Counted from the first letter of the whole stretch, positions 41,757-52,100 are shown. The stretch: DNA of 63,733 bases, filler included, from Chrysochromulina tobinii (GCA_001275005.1; 9 parts of 9 records of this genome joined end to end with filler, not necessarily neighbours in it), one strand, 5' to 3'. Numbers and translations: made by a program. Notes: generated by a model not told the origin, from the sequence alone.

Positions 41757-42105
41757 GCTCCTGTCACACTGGGCGACCGGACTTCCAATGAGGCTCCCGC
41801 GCAGAGCGCTCGACCGCGCGCCATAGCGGGCACGTAAAAGCGGTGCGGCAACTTGGGACCCCCGTCCCACAGCACACCCGGCCCCGCCGCTCCGCCCCAT
41901 TGGTGACGTCATAAGCTGGTATGGCCCGGTTCTGGAAAATGAAAATGTCGTGTGCTCGCTCACGCTCAAGCGATCTGATGATCAATCTTTATCAATCTTC
42001 AATGATTGATCACTAGTCTTTCCCTTGTACGCCTGCCTCTCCGGGGCTTGTGGGTGTGCGTCTGGCCGGTAGGGCCCTGAAACGGAACGGAATATCAATG
42101 ATCTT

Positions 42106-43131
42106 TTACTTCATCCTGTCATACGGATTCTTTGAGTTCAGGGAGTTGGCGCGTCGAGAGCGCCATAGTTCCTGCTGTTCCTTGGCGCGCGCCTGCTGCC
42201 ACATGCGCAAGCGAGGCGACGGCCGGTGAACGCGCCCTCGGTGCGGCGTCGTGTCGAAGCCGCTAAAGTACCTGTCGATGTCGGGGTTGAGCGGCTTCGA
42301 GTCGTTGGGATCGTGCAAAATGGCGTCCTCAGATAGGTATACGGGCGCAGGCAGAGCGTTGCCATGGTTGACCTGGCACGCCGCCAGCTCCTCCGGCCAG
42401 CGCCACTTCCACACGAGCTGCTTCGCCTTGGCCTCGTCCATGACGTCCCGTAGATCTGGCAGGACAGTGTAAAACGGTTGGTTGACCCACGATTTCAGCT
42501 CGCCCAAGTCTGTTTCCTCGGCTGAGTAGCCGAGCGCGCAGCCGCGCTCGAGGCAGCCTGCGGCCTTGATCCACGCGTGCCCACGCACGCACTGCAGGTC
42601 GACATCCATGACGATCCCACGTAAACCCTCGCGATGCGCGTGGACCACAGCCTGGCCAACCTCGTACTTTGGCAGGCCCAGATTGGCCTTGACGGCGTCC
42701 AAATCTTCCTGAAAGATGTGCGCGAGCACATAATTACCAGCCTCGAGGGCTTCTGCTAGTCTCTCCTCCCGTGGTATGATGGGGTGCCGTGAGCGCAGCC
42801 GCTCGACGCGCTGCTTCAGCCCATCGGCCTCAGCGTACTCTTCGCGGTCGATGGCGCTCTGGAGCAAATACTCGCACTGCTCGATCTCAATCTCCTGCTG
42901 ACGAAGCTTGTAGTGCGCCTTTGCCCACGGCGAAACCCAGTTGTTGTCGTCGACTGGCCTCTTGTGATCCCAATCCTCCCCATACCAGTCCGAGAGCCGA
43001 AACGACCGTGATGGCGCCTTCATCTGCACGAGGTGACGTGGAACCTGCACAGCAGGCAGGCGCTGGCAACCGCAACTCACGTGCACGCTGCCGCTCAGCG
43101 CTGCGGTCGCGCTCGCGAACAATAAGGCCAT
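42106..43131 (-). CDS. UVR plus YccV/HspQ-domain protein (ClpF-like), probably plastid-targeted
   Basis: Two UVR-like helices (LQSAIDREEYAEA and LAEALEAGNYVLA). YccV-like YEVGQAVVH...RGIVMDVD...QPFYTVL...IDRYFSGFD. Signal-like N-terminus. Confidence 0.7.
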   Translation of the reverse strand: MALLFASATAALSGSVHVSCGCQRLPAVQVPRHLVQMKAPSRSFRLSDWYGEDWDHKRPVDDNNWVSPWAKAHYKLRQQEIEIEQCEYLLQSAIDREEYAEADGLKQRVERLRSRHPIIPREERLAEALEAGNYVLAHIFQEDLDAVKANLGLPKYEVGQAVVHAHREGLRGIVMDVDLQCVRGHAWIKAAGCLERGCALGYSAEETDLGELKSWVNQPFYTVLPDLRDVMDEAKAKQLVWKWRWPEELAACQVNHGNALPAPVYLSEDAILHDPNDSKPLNPDIDRYFSGFDTTPHRGRVHRPSPRLRMWQQARAKEQQELWRSRRANSLNSKNPYDRMK

Positions 43132-43388
43132 TGACTGCACCGCTTCGAGCGCCCCACTCGTGCGTGTGGCTCGAACCTTTTTACGTCGAGCTAAGTTCGT
43201 CGAGCTGCCTTTTAGTCTCCATGTGGGAGATCGCGCCGTCAACCGCAAGCGAATTTACATACACTGTATCATGACGAATTATTTGGCAGCGCTCTCCGCA
43301 ACGTCCCCGTAGGGCACCTTCTTTTCCAAACAAGGAAGGGAAAGGGAAGGGAAGATCGCCATCGCGAAGTGCCAAACACTTTCTCAGA

Positions 43389-44024
43389 ATGATGTTCCTC
43401 ACGCCTGTCACGCTCGCATTCAGCCTGTCCTCACCGTCGAAGGTGATGCTGCACCAACGCGTCGATGCCACCATGTACGCCGTGACCGGCGATGCGACTG
43501 TCACAGGCTACCTTGCCTCGCTGGAGGGTGCGGCCGCGAACAACATCCTTCCGATGATCAAGCCCTCGTCAACTGATGGCAGTCTCTCATCCTACCTGAG
43601 CAACCTCGAGGGCAAGGTGTCCTCGCTGTGCACAAAATACGACGTGCCCATGCCGCAGCAGTGCAACGAAGACGCGTGCCTCGACGTGCAAAGCTACACG
43701 GAGCTGCTCGAGGAGACGCTGAACACCCTTGATTTGCAGTGGCGTAGGCCCGTGAGCTCCTCCGACTGGGGGGGTTCCGATTCGGGGCGTGATGAGTGGG
43801 GCGGCGCATCGCCGGACGCCTCACTCACGGACGGCTCGCTCACCAGCTACCTCGCGCGCCTCGAGGCCAAGGTCGACAAGCTCACCGATGAGCTCGGCTG
43901 TGCGGCGCCGACTCGCTGCGTGAACGACGCATGCCTCGACCTGCAGACGTATCTCGCAATGCTCGAGGAGACGGCGAGTACGCTCGAGCGGCAGTGGCAG
44001 CCGCAGAAGAGCGCCACTTGGTGA
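43389..44024 (+). CDS. Uncharacterised signal/transit-peptide protein with two ~58-aa internal repeats, each containing C-x4-C
   Basis: TDGSL.SYL..LE.KV..L...C...AC LD.Q.Y...LEET..TL..QW occurs twice, plus a partial third copy (GDATVTGYLASLEG). Confidence 0.75.
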   Translation: MMFLTPVTLAFSLSSPSKVMLHQRVDATMYAVTGDATVTGYLASLEGAAANNILPMIKPSSTDGSLSSYLSNLEGKVSSLCTKYDVPMPQQCNEDACLDVQSYTELLEETLNTLDLQWRRPVSSSDWGGSDSGRDEWGGASPDASLTDGSLTSYLARLEAKVDKLTDELGCAAPTRCVNDACLDLQTYLAMLEETASTLERQWQPQKSATW

Positions 44025-44554
44025 GTTACGTCACGTCTCCCTTCATCGATAGGAATCCCTGGCCGGGAATCGACGATCGTGTGTGACGTGTGACGCGTGC
44101 GGTGACCGGTGTGACGTTGACCGGGATCGTTGCCGACGTGTTGCTGTGACCGGTTCAGCCTGTATTGTGATCACAAGTGTGCTGTCCGCCCGATGCCGCA
44201 ATCTCTACGATTGAGATCGGATGCACGCCGCGACTGCCTATGTGCTATGATCGCGTATAATGCGGTGGAGCCCGGTCTTGGTCGCCGCCCTGCCAGGGCG
44301 TCGCCGCGCACGATCGCGCGCCGGCCGACCGGACGGGACCGCATGCCGGACCGCAACAACGCCCCGCCCCCCGAGTACTCCCCTATTTGCTATTATCATT
44401 CGCAATGTGCTAAGAGAGCGACGCACCATCCATAGCGTACTGAAGCCTGCGAACAAGCCCGCCGCGCCGCCGCGCCCACACATGTACAAACACTCGTGTA
44501 GTTGAGTCACTGTAGACTATCGCGACATCTACACGTGCACCGCCGATGCCGTAT

Positions 44555-45658
44555 TTACAAGCTGGTCCTAGGCGCAAGCATCGTGGACAGCACGGTGAAC
44601 CAGCGGTCGCGCTCGGCGACGGAGGGGAGCCTGATGAAAATCGGCTCGTTGGTGACCAGGACGAGGGTGAGGTCGGTGGACCCGGGCTGGCCTGGGGTGA
44701 CGCCGGCGAGCGCCCTCCGGCTGCGTCCGACTGAAGTCGGGGGGCTCATTGTGAACTCGGCCTGGTTGTTGAAGTAGATCATCGTCTTGGACGATTCAAA
44801 CACAGCGGCATAGCGCCTGCTCCAACTCTTCAACAAGCCGCTGCCCTTCTTCTGCACCTCGCCTGCGATCAGCGGTAGCTCACCCAAACGGCGCGGGCTG
44901 GGCGCAGTCGAGCTCGAGGCTGCCGCCTCGGCTGCCGCTGACATCGCTCGGAATCGCGCTCTCTCCGCTAACGTCTCGGCGGATGGGCCCGCTTGTTGGC
45001 CGGCGTCTCCTCCCCGGGGCGCCTGCTGCGTGGCCGCAGTGTATGATGGAGGTGCGACAACGGCCAAGTACGATGGTGGGGCGTCGAATCCGATGGAGGC
45101 CGAGTACGATGTCGGCGCGTTCGTATCCACCGACGACGGCGGCGCGCGACCTGTCGACATTTGCATCCCGACAAAGGTTTCCTGGCTCGCCATGGCGCCT
45201 CCCCGCGCCACGACGACGATGCGCGCGCGGCACGATGGGCATTTATTCTGCGCGCCCCAACTCGTCTGGGCGACCGCGTTGATAAGGTCCTCAGTGCAGT
45301 CTTCGCAGCAGAGCATGTGACCGCATGCAAATCGGACGGAACGCGGCGCCGCCATGCAGATCACACACTCCTTCAGAGGCGTACCGGCGGCCTCTCGCTC
45401 GTCCACGCTTGCCTCATCGGCCATGCCAGGCAGAAGATTGGCGTCATCAGCGAGATCCTCGATCGCCTTGGTCGCTTTCGCGAAAGGCATGCGCTTCGCG
45501 AGCGTGGTGCCACACACGAGACCCTGGATGATGGAAGCAAGCCGCTCGGTGGTCTCGTTGGTCGGCCAGTCGGCTGTCAGGTCAGCCACTTCCAGCGCCT
45601 GGCTCGGGTCCTCGAGAACATTGTTCTCGAGGGTGGCCACGCGCATCGCATCCTGTGC
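44555..45658 (-). CDS. 5'-partial gene: kinase C-terminus, RING finger and PH-like domain
   Basis: RING: CVICM...CGHMLCCEDC...CPSCR. PH-like: GEVQKKGSGLLKSWSRRYA...ERDRWFTVL. 45207-45658 is nearly identical to 47334-47785. Confidence 0.8.
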   Translation of the reverse strand, partial: AQDAMRVATLENNVLEDPSQALEVADLTADWPTNETTERLASIIQGLVCGTTLAKRMPFAKATKAIEDLADDANLLPGMADEASVDEREAAGTPLKECVICMAAPRSVRFACGHMLCCEDCTEDLINAVAQTSWGAQNKCPSCRARIVVVARGGAMASQETFVGMQMSTGRAPPSSVDTNAPTSYSASIGFDAPPSYLAVVAPPSYTAATQQAPRGGDAGQQAGPSAETLAERARFRAMSAAAEAAASSSTAPSPRRLGELPLIAGEVQKKGSGLLKSWSRRYAAVFESSKTMIYFNNQAEFTMSPPTSVGRSRRALAGVTPGQPGSTDLTLVLVTNEPIFIRLPSVAERDRWFTVLSTMLAPRTSL

Positions 45659-45758
45659 NNNNNNNNNNNNNNNNNNNNNNNNNNNNNNNNNNNNNNNNNN
45701 NNTTAATTAATTAANNNNNNNNNNNNNNNNNNNNNNNNNNNNNNNNNNNNNNNNNNNN
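45659..45758. other. Artificial contig spacer
   Basis: N44-TTAATTAATTAA-N44. Confidence 0.98.
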
Positions 45759-47840
45759 GGCATCGCACTGGTCGGCCGGTACGCCATCGGCGAGCGCGTG
45801 CTGGTCAAACGGAGCGACGGGAGCGAGTCAGCGGCGGTGGTCGAGGCGTTTGACCCGGCGCACGATCCACCCATCTACGAGCTGAAGCTCGCGACTGGCG
45901 ATATGAAGCGTGCGCGCGAGCAGGACCTGCGCCTCGACCCGAGCTCGTGGCCAAGTTCGGTGCAGGCTCCACCGTGCCGGCGCACGTTCACCTTCGGTCG
46001 CGGCCCTCTGGGGCTCATCTTCGGCGATGGCGACGGTTTCGTCATCATCAACCATGTGGACGAAGGCTCGCAGGCGGGAAGGCTGGGCGTCGAGGTCGGC
46101 AGCAAAGTCATCAGCGTCTCTGGCAAGCTGATGGGGGGCGTGCCGCGCACGGCGGTGCTCGCCCGCATCAAGCAAGAGATGCAACGCGCGACGCAGCAGC
46201 AGCCGATGACCATGGAGCTCGAGCCGGAGATTCACATCATCCCCGCCGCCGCTGCCGGTGCGGATGATCTCGCGCAACTGATGATGGGGGCGGAAGGTGG
46301 CCAGACCCGTTGGCCAATGTCGCTCGATCCGAGCTCTATTGAGGTCTACACTAAGCGCTTCGAGGCGGCACACGCGCGGGCGGGGGGCGAGCCGGTCCTC
46401 GATGAAATGTGCCTCCACGAGGCCCGTGAGGCGGGAGTGAGCGACGAGGTGCTCAACCACATCTGGAGTCTGGTCGATGTCGACCGCGACGATCGGCTCT
46501 CGCTGCCCGAGTACCTCATGTGCTGTGCCCTCGTGGCCCAATTCCTTGGGAGGGGCGAGCCGCCGCCCGCTACACTGCCCGCGCCGATCCGCACCTTTGC
46601 GTACTCCGGCCGGGCAAACAAGGCCGCGATCACGCTGCGCGCGGGCACGGCGCTGCCCGAGCTCTCTGCCGCCGAGCTGGCCGAAGGTACTGGGCACTTT
46701 GACAATGCACAAATCATCGGCGCGGGCGGATTCGGCTCCGTCTTCCGCGTGGGCCCGGGCTGCCTGCCCTCACTGCCGCACACGGGCAGCTTTGCCGTCA
46801 AACGCCTCGATCGCGGCTCTCTCCAGGGGGTGCAAGAGCTGCAGAATGAGATCGAAGTGCTCGCGTTGTGCCGGCACGAGAGCCTCGTGCCCTTGCTCGG
46901 CTTCTGCCTCGACACGCGCTCGCTCTGCCTCGTGTACCCGCTCATGGAGGGCGGCACGCTCGAGCAGGCGATTGCGGAATCCTTCGGCTGCGGGCGACCA
47001 CTCCCCTGGCGCGCGCGCTTGCGCATCCTTCGCGCGGCGTGCCGGGCGCTTCTGTACTTGCACACGCCCAGTAGCACGAAGGGGGTTTTCCTGCACCGCG
47101 ACATCAAGCCGGCCAACATTCTGCTCGATGAGCATCTCAACGGGCGGTTGGCCGACGTGGGGCTCCTTGTAATGACGAACTCGAAGACGGACGCCGCCTC
47201 AGTGCACGCGACCAACATCAAGGGGACGCTCGGCTACCTCGACCCCTTATACATGAACACGGGCAAGTACACTGTCCACACTGACGCGTACGCGATGGGC
47301 GTCACCATGCTGGTGGCACTCACGGGGCGGGCGGCACAGGATGCGATGCGCGTGGCCACCCTCGAGAACAATGTTCTCGAGGACCCGAGCCAGGCGCTGG
47401 AAGTGGCTGACCTGACAGCCGGCTGGCCGACCAATGAGACCACCGAGCGGCTTGCTTCCATCATCCAGGGTCTCGTGTGTGGCACCACGCTCGCGAAGCG
47501 CATGCCTTTCGCGAAAGCGACCACGGCGATCGAGGATCTCGCTGATGACGCCAATCTCCGGCCTGGCATGGCCGATGAGGCCAGCGTGGACGAGCGAGAG
47601 GCCGCCGGTACGCCTCTGAAGGAGTGTGTGATCTGCATGGCGGCGCCGCGTTCCGTCCGATTTGCATGCGGTCACATGCTCTGCTGCGAAGACTGCACTG
47701 AAGACCTCATCAACGCGGTCGCCCAGAAGAGTTGGGGCGCGCAGAATAAATGCCCATCGTGCCGCGCGCGCATCGTCGTTGTGGCTGGTGCGGCGCGCGG
47801 CGTTTCGCAAACGACTTCGAGAGTCTTGAGGCGAGGCTAG
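45759..47840 (+). CDS. 5'-partial protein: SH3/Tudor-like, PDZ, EH, IRAK/Pelle-type kinase and RING
   Basis: PDZ: GPLGLIF...GSQAGRLGVEVGSKVISVSG. EH: IWSLVDVDRDDRLSLPEY...PATLP. Kinase: ELAEGTGHFD...IGAGGFGSVF, AVKRL, HRDIKPANILLD, DVG and GTLGYLDP. C3HC4 RING at the C-terminus. Confidence 0.88.
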   Translation, partial: GIALVGRYAIGERVLVKRSDGSESAAVVEAFDPAHDPPIYELKLATGDMKRAREQDLRLDPSSWPSSVQAPPCRRTFTFGRGPLGLIFGDGDGFVIINHVDEGSQAGRLGVEVGSKVISVSGKLMGGVPRTAVLARIKQEMQRATQQQPMTMELEPEIHIIPAAAAGADDLAQLMMGAEGGQTRWPMSLDPSSIEVYTKRFEAAHARAGGEPVLDEMCLHEAREAGVSDEVLNHIWSLVDVDRDDRLSLPEYLMCCALVAQFLGRGEPPPATLPAPIRTFAYSGRANKAAITLRAGTALPELSAAELAEGTGHFDNAQIIGAGGFGSVFRVGPGCLPSLPHTGSFAVKRLDRGSLQGVQELQNEIEVLALCRHESLVPLLGFCLDTRSLCLVYPLMEGGTLEQAIAESFGCGRPLPWRARLRILRAACRALLYLHTPSSTKGVFLHRDIKPANILLDEHLNGRLADVGLLVMTNSKTDAASVHATNIKGTLGYLDPLYMNTGKYTVHTDAYAMGVTMLVALTGRAAQDAMRVATLENNVLEDPSQALEVADLTAGWPTNETTERLASIIQGLVCGTTLAKRMPFAKATTAIEDLADDANLRPGMADEASVDEREAAGTPLKECVICMAAPRSVRFACGHMLCCEDCTEDLINAVAQKSWGAQNKCPSCRARIVVVAGAARGVSQTTSRVLRRG

Positions 47841-47940
47841 ACGTGGTTAAGGCTAAGAACCGTGCCTGTGGCGTATCTACAAATGGATGTCCAGTCAAAC
47901 TTTCGGTGCACCCGAAATATACGTTAGTTTCGAAACGTTC

Positions 47941-48060
47941 GCTACCGGTACAGTCTCCCCCCGGTGTCTTACCGGTACTGTACCGGTGTATTTTTACCGG
48001 TACAGTACTGTGCCTTTGTGTCCCGGCTCCCCCCGGTGTCTTTTTACCGGTACCGGTACT
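47941..48060. repeat. Cluster of ACCGGT palindromes and short direct repeats
   Basis: Six ACCGGT sites (47944, 47971, 47982, 47996, 48046, 48052) and ctcccccggtgtctt twice. Confidence 0.8.
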
Positions 48061-48161
48061 TTACCAAACACGGAAAACTTTGGTCAACCCGAAGTCCCGA
48101 ACGAAGCCACAGGGACGCCGACGCCCATGTCAGGGCAGTCAGGAGGCGGTGTAGCCCAGTG

Positions 48162-49167
48162 ATGGCACTGTCCCCAGCAAAAGGGGCGCCACCTATGCCG
48201 CCTCCGACGACGGCCCCCACACCGTGGACGTGCGAAAATTGCGGGCACGAGCACAGCACTGAGGGGCTTGATGCGCTGCTACGCTGTGAGATTTGCGACG
48301 AGAAGCGCTACTTGGCGCCACGCAGGAGTGGCACCGCCGACGCGAAGAGTTCGCAGCAGTCCAATCAGGTGTCAGATGCGTCGGATGCGGAGGATGAGTT
48401 ACAACTTGGCCTCCTGTCGGTTGTCCATGTGGCCACCGACAACATGGACGACGATGTGCGGCTTTGCCACGAGCTGTTTGGCGAGGGCAGCGTGACTTTC
48501 ACGCGGCTGGACAGTCTCTCGGCGCCCCAGGCACTCCACTTCATCTTTGAGCCGTTCAAGGTGATCCCGAGGGATGTGTGCACCGCGTGGGGCCTGCACA
48601 GCAAGCTTCAGCTCACCCTGTCCTTTGAGAACAGCGCGGCGTACGAGAGTCGGCGCCTCGACAAGGCGACGCTGTGGCACCCGGGTCGTGGCGAGGATGG
48701 CACGGCAATCGCGGCGAACGACGACGGTTGCATCGTCGCGCAACAGCTGCTACGCATCATCCAAGTCTTTTGGGAGTCTCTTGCTGCAGACGCGATGCGC
48801 GGCGGCGAAGAGCATGGCATCAAGATTGGATCCACCGCATCTCAGATCCAATCTCAGATCCAATCTCAGAAGGAAAGATCTAATCTCTCGGCGGTGGCAG
48901 CTCGAGGCACCTCCTCCTTTGGCGCAGTGTCGCCTGCAGACTGCTCGGCGGCCGAAGCACTGGCAGCATTGGAATACGGTGGCAGCAGCAGTGGCAGCCA
49001 TGCAAGCCTCACGAGCGTGATGCCGCGTCGCATGGACAGCCGGCACAGAGCGCGCGAGGAGGCTCTCGACTTCGTTCGCCCGGCGCCAGCAACCATCTCG
49101 TACGTCATCAGTCGGCTGCGATCGCTCAACGCCTACTGCGCCATCTGCGACGAGCCGCATCCGTTTG
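48162..49167 (+). CDS. PARP6/PARP8-like protein N-terminal region with a RanBP2-like zinc finger, 3'-partial
   Basis: WTCENC...CEICD zinc finger. YVISRLRSLNAYCAICDEPHPF matches the PARP6/8 pre-catalytic motif as I recall it (R...LN.YC.+CDE.H.F). Also AWGL and QQLLRIIQVF. The catalytic domain lies beyond the contig end. Confidence 0.65.
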
Positions 49168-49267
49168 NNNNNNNNNNNNNNNNNNNNNNNNNNNNNNNNN
49201 NNNNNNNNNNNTTAATTAATTAANNNNNNNNNNNNNNNNNNNNNNNNNNNNNNNNNNNNNNNNNNNN
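49168..49267. other. Artificial contig spacer
   Basis: N44-TTAATTAATTAA-N44. Confidence 0.98.
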
Positions 49268-50787
49268 TCACTGCTCAAGCTTGCGAGAGCGTTTTCACCT
49301 TGCGCGCTTCGTTACACGCCTTGAGGCGAGCATGATGAGCACGCTGAGCACGCTGAGGCGCCGACGGCGGGAGCGAGCCCCGCCAGAAGAGCAGCGTCTC
49401 GTCTCGGCCGTCGTCGCCCCAAGCTGCTGGCGTCGTGACGATAAACGGGGCGTCGTAGAAATCGATGAGAAACGAATCTGGCTGAACGACGCAGACCGCC
49501 TCCGCTGTGACACACCAGAGGCGGAGCAGTTGCGCCATGCAGGCGAACATGCGTCCGTCCGCAGCCTTGACCGCTGCCATTCCGAGACCCATGCGCGCGG
49601 CGTGCTGGCGGCCGTCGTGGACGGCGATCGCGCGTCGCCGCGTCGTCGTCGTGCGCGTGGTCGGTTTTCTGCTTCTTGGCGGGGCGCTCATCGCCATCCT
49701 CTCGACAGAGGCTCAAGTTGGCGCCCGCCGCTGCCCATTGGTGTTCCGTGCAGCCTTCTTTGTGCTTTTGAGGAAAGTCGCAGAATGACATTTCCGGTAG
49801 GTTGAGCGCTGCCGCAGCCATGCCTTTGAAGCAGCACCGCTTCTGAACCTTGGCACGCCCTTTGATGCGAGCCGTGACGTAGACGCGAGGCCTACCGGTC
49901 TTGGGGAAGACGGTGAGAGTGCCGGCTTTGTTGTTGAGGGACATGGTGACACCACGTGTGTCGCCTTTGCCGCCCTCGTCCGCTGGCCTCTTCTGCTTTT
50001 TGGCCGCGCCTCCGGCGCCGCCGTTGCCCTCTCGACCGCAGCTGCTGCCGGCGCCGCCGCCACCGTCGCCGTGGTGTCCGCCGGCGCCGCCCCCCGAGCC
50101 CCCGCCCGGGAGCGCCCAACAGCCTAGCGATGTGGCGCGCCCAGCTCTGCGTTGCGGCGTCGGTCGTCCTGCGCTCGTGAGCCAGGGAAAGGGGGTTCTT
50201 GCTGGCGATGGCCGCATGACGGACCCGCCCAAAGTGCTCGAGGGTGGCCACGACGTACGAGCGCCCTTCTGATGCAAGCTTGCTGAGGGTTTCCTCGGCC
50301 GCCCCTTGGCCGCCATAGAGCACCCACGACTGCCGCACCTCTTCGAGGATAAACGGTAGCGTTCCTTTGCCGGATCCGCTGAAGCCGCGTAGCATGAGGA
50401 TCGCTTCGGCCACCTCGAGGGCATCCTCGATGCTCTGCTTATTCGTGTACGCCTTCGCGGCCGGCGGGGGCGTGAACGTCTCGCCGCGCATCTGTGCACG
50501 CGCCGCTGCGCATCAGCCCTGATGATGCCGTATTCGCCGACGCTCTGGTCGGCGATGTCGTCACCGCACAGCGCAAATTCCATGCATACTCTGCCCAGCG
50601 TGCCCGGGAGGACTCCCGTGATGCCGTTGTCAACATCGCCGTCTCGCGGGATGGACTGCAGCCATGCATCGAGCTTGGTGCTGCCCGTCGCCTCGTAGAG
50701 CGGGTGCCGAGCGCGATCCTTTTTGATATCGTCGGCTCCAGCTCCCATGGCGGCCGGTTTGTAGTGGAGAGTGAACGAGACTGGCAT
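49268..50787 (-). mobile_element. Decayed retroelement-like region: frameshifted gag-like ORF followed by a cytosine-methyltransferase-like fragment
   Basis: The natural-looking frame switches between ORFs 49312..50787 and 49892..50491 and back. It ends in a Cys/His cluster (CCFKG...FCDFPQKHKEGCTEH) and basic motifs. The downstream frame 49275..49697 resembles phage-type C5-MTases. Confidence 0.45.
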
Positions 50788-51588
50788 CTGTGTTTTTATT
50801 CGAGAGCTTGAGCGTGCGTACGAGCGGGTCGGTGCGGGATTACGGGATGCCGTCGTCGGCTTCCATGTTTCTCGCAGAGTCCTGAGGGGTTTGATCTGAG
50901 ATTCTCAGCTCGGGCCCTCCGTTCACGGCCGACTGGTGCGCTAGTTCGCCCCTGTCATTGAGCCTTTAACCTTTGGGGGGTTATCTGCGGCTCTCTGTCA
51001 GGCGCGCCCGTAGCAGCGCTCCTTTCGTTCGTTTCCATACACTCTTGGAGCTCGGGGCTCAGTACACGCTTCGCCGCGTTGCTCGCCGTAGAGCCCTGGG
51101 AGGGAAAAAAGGAAGCCTTTTCTCTCCCCGTTTTCTTTTCGGCCTTCGATCTTTCCCCACACACTTCCTCCGCCACCGGGTCGCGTCTCGCGATGTCCTT
51201 TCAGATAGGCTCCCGCGCAAAGGCTTGAGTGGTGCATCGCTGGGCGACGTACCGCTGGCATCCGGCCAGCCGCGCCAGCAGCTAACCAGCTCGGCGGCGT
51301 GCGAGGAGTCCAAGCTTTGAGTTTCGTGCAGAATGAGCAACTCGAGTGCACGCTGCCAGTGCAAGAACGCTTTCGCTCCACGTCAACTAGGTGCGAGGCC
51401 CGCCTGCTTCCCAGCCTGCGCGCGCGCCTCGCAATCAAGCGGTGGACTCGGCATCCTCGCACTACCGTTCATCCATTCCCGCTAACGTTTGGATACGTGC
51501 TCGATCGGATTGCCTTCATCTCTCTGCACCACTCACGTACGCCGGATTGCTCCCGTGCGCAGATTTATCACCTGCCAAGGTCAATACG

Positions 51589-52100
51589 ATGGAGGACTAC
51601 CCGCTCTGGGCGAACATCGACGTGATCGTCGAGGCGCACGCGTCGGGCACGGGCGCGGAGCCGCCACACAGCTACGCGTTCACGCGCTGCATCACAAAGA
51701 AGGTGCTGCGCCGTACGCATGACCATGTGCTTGAGCTGATCAACAACGGCACCATCGCGCGCGGCACGCTGCTGGTGACCATGGTGCGCGTCGTTCTCAT
51801 CATATTGGGTGTGCGCCCGCCCACAGAGCCCTGGGCCGATGCCGATGCATGCGCTGACTCCCGCAGCTCCCGTGCGCACACACAACGTGTGTGCGCACGG
51901 GTGCCGCTTTTTCGTGCCCTTGTTCCCCTCGCAGGTGCCCTCCTCGCTATGAGCCTGCCGTTCGACTACCGCGTCGCCGCTTTCGAGCAAATCACCAACT
52001 TCACCAACGGCACGCGCGAGCCCTCCCGCGCGAGCCCTCCCCCGCGCGTCGCCACGCCGCTCGAGCTGCAAAAGGTCCGCTCGCTCGCGTGCGTGGCAGC
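51589..52100 (+). CDS. Uncharacterised 3'-partial ORF, possible in-frame intron 51809-51934
   Basis: GC3-rich codons from MEDYPLW onward. A GT...polypyrimidine-GCAG segment interrupts a hydrophobic stretch. Confidence 0.4.
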
